A DNA stretch of 64,000 nucleotides from Candidatus Micrarchaeia archaeon (GTDB lineage Archaea > Micrarchaeota > Micrarchaeia > Anstonellales > Anstonellaceae): contig JBAYMR010000005.1 of assembly GCA_041663445.1 (NCBI GenBank), positions 996 to 64,995 on the forward strand, written 5' to 3'. Under the pieces are notes generated by a model, which did not search any database, was not told where the DNA came from, and saw only the letters and a program-made list of their open reading frames with translations. A program made the translations under genes and the position numbers. How positions within the stretch are numbered: position 1 is the first letter of the stretch; every line of letters starts with the position of its first letter. Shown here in pieces: positions 60,947 to 64,000 of the stretch.

Positions 60947-62173
60947 ATGTCAGAGAACATTTTCTACGATTGCATAGTTGTCGGGGCTGGCCCCGGCGGC
61001 TCCACGGCAGCCTCGCTGCTCTCAAAAAAGGGGAAGCGCGTGCTTCTCATTGACAAGGAGAAGTTCCCGCGCGACAAGACGTGCGGCGACGCGATTTCCG
61101 GCAAGGCGCTCTCCATCCTCGAGGAGCTGGGGCTGGTCGGCGCAGTAGAGAAATCCGACCACGGCGAGATTGACGGCGTGCTTTTCTCCTCGCCCAACGG
61201 CACTGTCGCGTCCATCCCGTTCGGCAGGAGCGGGGAGCAAATCTCCAAGGGCTACACGTGCAGGCGCCAGGTGTACGACAACCTGCTTTTCCAGAACGCG
61301 AAGAAAGGCTGCGACGCGCTGGAAGGCATGGCGGCAACCGCGCTTGTGAAGGAGAACGGCACCGTCGCCGGAGTGAAGGCGAAGGGCGCTGACGGGAAGG
61401 AATACGAGTTCCGCGGGAAGATGGTGATTGGCGCGGACGGCGTGAATTCCATGGTGGCGCGCGAAATCCGCGGCAGCGAGGTGGACCCCAAGCACACCTG
61501 CATCGCGTACCGCGCGTATTACTCGGGCATTTCGGGCATGAGCGGCAAATTGGAAATCCATTTCGTGAAGTCCATAATGCCGGGCTACTTCTGGATATTC
61601 CCCATGGAAAACGGGCTGGCAAACGTCGGCGTGGGAATGGTGATGGACGACATGAAGAAGCATGGCACCGACCTCGGCAGGGCGATGGAGGCGATGCTCA
61701 AGGAGAACCCGCTTTTCAAGGAGAGGTTTGCAAACGCGAAGATGGTGTCGCCGCTGAAGGCATGGCAATTGCCGTTCGGCTCGAAAAAGAGGAAGCTGCA
61801 CGCGCAGAACGCGCTTCTTGTTGGCGACGCGGCAGGCCTTGTGGACCCGTTCTCCGGGGAGGGCATTGGGAATGCCATGCTGTCCGGCAAGCTCGCGGCA
61901 GAGGTTGCATACGAGGCGCTGGCAACAGGCGACACGAGCGAGGCGTTCCTTTCGCGCTATGATGAAAGGGTCTGGAACACGGTGTGGAACGAGCTTGAGC
62001 TGAGCTACAAGATGCAACGGCTCGGCAAGGTGGAGTTCCTGCTGAATTTCGTGGTGGGCAAGGCGGCGAAAAGCCCCAAGGCGCGCGAGGCGATTTGCGG
62101 GACGATGTCAAACAAGGAGGCGAAGAGCGGGTATGCCTCGCCCCTGTTCTACCTGAAGCTCCTGTTCGAGTAG
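60947..62173 (+). CDS. geranylgeranyl reductase family protein
   Basis: DCIVVGAGPGGSTAA FAD-binding motif, GDAAGLVDPFSGEGI, and about 400 aa length. Confidence 0.85.
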   Translation: MSENIFYDCIVVGAGPGGSTAASLLSKKGKRVLLIDKEKFPRDKTCGDAISGKALSILEELGLVGAVEKSDHGEIDGVLFSSPNGTVASIPFGRSGEQISKGYTCRRQVYDNLLFQNAKKGCDALEGMAATALVKENGTVAGVKAKGADGKEYEFRGKMVIGADGVNSMVAREIRGSEVDPKHTCIAYRAYYSGISGMSGKLEIHFVKSIMPGYFWIFPMENGLANVGVGMVMDDMKKHGTDLGRAMEAMLKENPLFKERFANAKMVSPLKAWQLPFGSKKRKLHAQNALLVGDAAGLVDPFSGEGIGNAMLSGKLAAEVAYEALATGDTSEAFLSRYDERVWNTVWNELELSYKMQRLGKVEFLLNFVVGKAAKSPKAREAICGTMSNKEAKSGYASPLFYLKLLFE

Positions 62174-62177
62174 GCAT

Positions 62178-63269
62178 ATGGAAACCAACATACTTGGCGC
62201 CGGCCCCGCAGGGCTTTGCGCTGCGATAAACCTTGCGCGCGCTGGGAAAAGCGTCAAAGTGCATGAAAAGCGCGAAGGGGCGGGGATGCGCTTTTGCCCC
62301 AACCTGCAGGGGTTGCGCTATCTTTACATGCCGCCAGGGGAATTCCTGCGGCAGGTGGGCGTGGAAGCTGGCGTGGAATTCCGCTACTTTTCGCGCGCGG
62401 TCATTTGCACAAGAGGCAGGAAAATGGAGCTGGACTGCTCGGGCGGAAGCCAGATGCCCTTTGTGCTGCGTGGCAGCGGCGGGAAGCTGGGGGATGGAAC
62501 GCTTGATGCCGCGCTCTTTTCGGAAGCAAGAAGGCTCGGCGTGGAATTCGAGTTCAATTCGCGCGCAACCGAGCGCGACGCGCAGATAGTGGCGACGGGC
62601 AGCAGGGGCGAGCCGGACCAGGCCGCGCTTGGAAGCGTGTTTGAGAACAGCGATTTCCCGCGCGACTGCCAGCTTGTCATGTTTGACGACAGGTATTCGC
62701 CGCGAGGCTGGTACTCTTACATATTGCCCTTGGGCAAGGACGAAATCGAGTTTGTCACCTGCGTGTCAAAGCCGCACATCCCGTTGCTTTCGCAACTGCA
62801 TGCAAAGGCGATGGAAGGGAGGAAGGAAATTTCCGATGCTGTTGGCGGCAGGAAAAAAATCGCTTCCTTCGGAGGCTCGGCGTCCTCGCGCATCCCGAAA
62901 AGCGCGTTTGTTGGCGGCAAATATTTTGTCGGCGAGGCAGCCGGCTTCCAGGACCCGTACATGGGCTTCGGGATTGCCTACGCGCTGCGGAGCGGGCATC
63001 TTGCGGCGCGCGCAATGATTGAGGGAGAGGATTATGATGCGCTTTGGAAGCGCGAGTTCGGCTATTACCTGAGGAAGGACGCCGCCTACAGGTTTACGAT
63101 GTGGCTGGCGGGCGATTCGGCTGCATCGCTCGTGATGTCAAAGTACAAGGACCATCAGCGCGCGAACCTGTCCGCCGCGCTCCCTGAAAAAAATCCCGCT
63201 TACCGCGCGCTCGTCGAGGGAGTGTCGCTGCTCGCGCGGGCAAAAAAAAGAGCGAGCGGAAGCTGGTAG
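62178..63269 (+). CDS. FAD-dependent oxidoreductase (geranylgeranyl reductase-like)
   Basis: ILGAGPAGLCAA dinucleotide-binding motif and GEAAGFQDPYMGFGI. Confidence 0.75.
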   Translation: METNILGAGPAGLCAAINLARAGKSVKVHEKREGAGMRFCPNLQGLRYLYMPPGEFLRQVGVEAGVEFRYFSRAVICTRGRKMELDCSGGSQMPFVLRGSGGKLGDGTLDAALFSEARRLGVEFEFNSRATERDAQIVATGSRGEPDQAALGSVFENSDFPRDCQLVMFDDRYSPRGWYSYILPLGKDEIEFVTCVSKPHIPLLSQLHAKAMEGRKEISDAVGGRKKIASFGGSASSRIPKSAFVGGKYFVGEAAGFQDPYMGFGIAYALRSGHLAARAMIEGEDYDALWKREFGYYLRKDAAYRFTMWLAGDSAASLVMSKYKDHQRANLSAALPEKNPAYRALVEGVSLLARAKKRASGSW

Positions 63270-63409
63270 GTTCGCAGCAAGCCGCCCTATTTTTCGGCGC
63301 ACCGAAAAATGGACATCTTGTGCGTTGCGACGCACAAGACCGTCCGCTGGGACGGGATTCGCCCGCCCTGAACACTACACACTGGCCATTTTCGCGTGGC
63401 AGATTCTCC

Positions 63410-64000
63410 CTATAGTGGTTTTTTTGTTTGCTGCGGAGCACTGGCGCCACCGGCTTGAATGGTGGTTTTCTGTTTCCGGGCCATTGCAGTCCGCTCCTTC
63501 AAGTCGCCTCGTTGCCTTTCGGGATCCATTGAATAATTCAAGTAGTCCATCTGTTTTTGTATCGTCTTGCGGATGTCCTCGCCTGCGATTTTCTCGCAGA
63601 TGTAAAGCCCCAAGTCAATCGAAGACGTCACCCCGCGCGCGGTTATGACGTTCCCATCATCTACAATCCTCTCATTAGACACTTCTTTTGCAAATTTACG
63701 CAGATAATCTATGAGGGCAGGGTGAGTGGTGGCTTTTTTGCCATCCAAACCCCCTGCCACGCCAAGCAGTATGCTCCCGCCGCAAACAGCAGCTATTTTC
63801 GCGTCCTTGTCCGTGTTTTTGAGCCAGAGTATGAACTTCGCGTCCTTTACGAGTGTCCCTATCGAGTTCCCGCCTGGCACTATCACATAATCGTAGCCTG
63901 AAAGATTGTTTTTCACTCTGGATGGGAGAATCTCGAGCCCCTCCCATGATTTTACCTTTTCGCTGAACGCGCACACGTCCCATTCCAAGTCAGGAACAAA
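63410..64000 (-). CDS. DJ-1/PfpI family protein; N-terminus beyond the window end
   Basis: AAVCGGSILLG nucleophile elbow. The frame is open to nt 64000. Carries a basic C-terminal tail. Confidence 0.8.
   Translation of the reverse strand, partial: FVPDLEWDVCAFSEKVKSWEGLEILPSRVKNNLSGYDYVIVPGGNSIGTLVKDAKFILWLKNTDKDAKIAAVCGGSILLGVAGGLDGKKATTHPALIDYLRKFAKEVSNERIVDDGNVITARGVTSSIDLGLYICEKIAGEDIRKTIQKQMDYLNYSMDPERQRGDLKERTAMARKQKTTIQAGGASAPQQTKKPL

Noticed and set aside
1-64000. Search for rRNA genes, CRISPR arrays, cas genes, integrases, transposases or IS inverted repeats.
   Set aside because: None was recognised by eye on either strand. The only att-like repeats are the short tRNA 3'-end copies reported as findings.

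Overview
This is a GC-rich archaeal chromosomal segment with about 80 protein genes, almost all housekeeping. Two classic archaeal superoperons are intact on the minus strand. One is S19e, PDCD5-like, L39e, L31e, aIF6, LX, prefoldin-alpha, FtsY at 11.2-16.0 kb. The other is L44e, S27e, aIF2-alpha, Nop10, PAC2 at 51.6-53.9 kb. Other assigned genes include primase PriL/PriS, GINS, NreA, RNase HII, RpoK, Rpp21, Kae1, aIF5A, S24e, S27ae, PheT, PurM, PurF, Pgk, diphthine and deoxyhypusine synthases, DtdA and geranylgeranyl reductases. Small size, many tight overlaps and heavily interrupted tRNA genes suggest a DPANN/Micrarchaeota-like or similarly reduced archaeon; this is inference only. No rRNA, CRISPR array, integrase or transposase was seen. 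Five observations stand out. (1) All three tRNA genes carry introns, and two have an intron inside the T-loop. (2) Every tRNA gene is flanked by short copies of its own acceptor/3' end, folded as tRNA-like minihelices. (3) A 360-nt AT-rich intergenic region between GINS and aIF5A holds about ten back-to-back perfect hairpins. (4) A visibly lower-GC island at 24.7-33.7 kb has four large secreted or unknown proteins, including a CARDB-repeat protein and a 1097-aa protein with a beta-barrel-like C-terminus. (5) There are two toxin-antitoxin pairs (VapBC, HEPN/MNT) and several orphan genes. Many long ORFs in the track are antisense artefacts of high GC.
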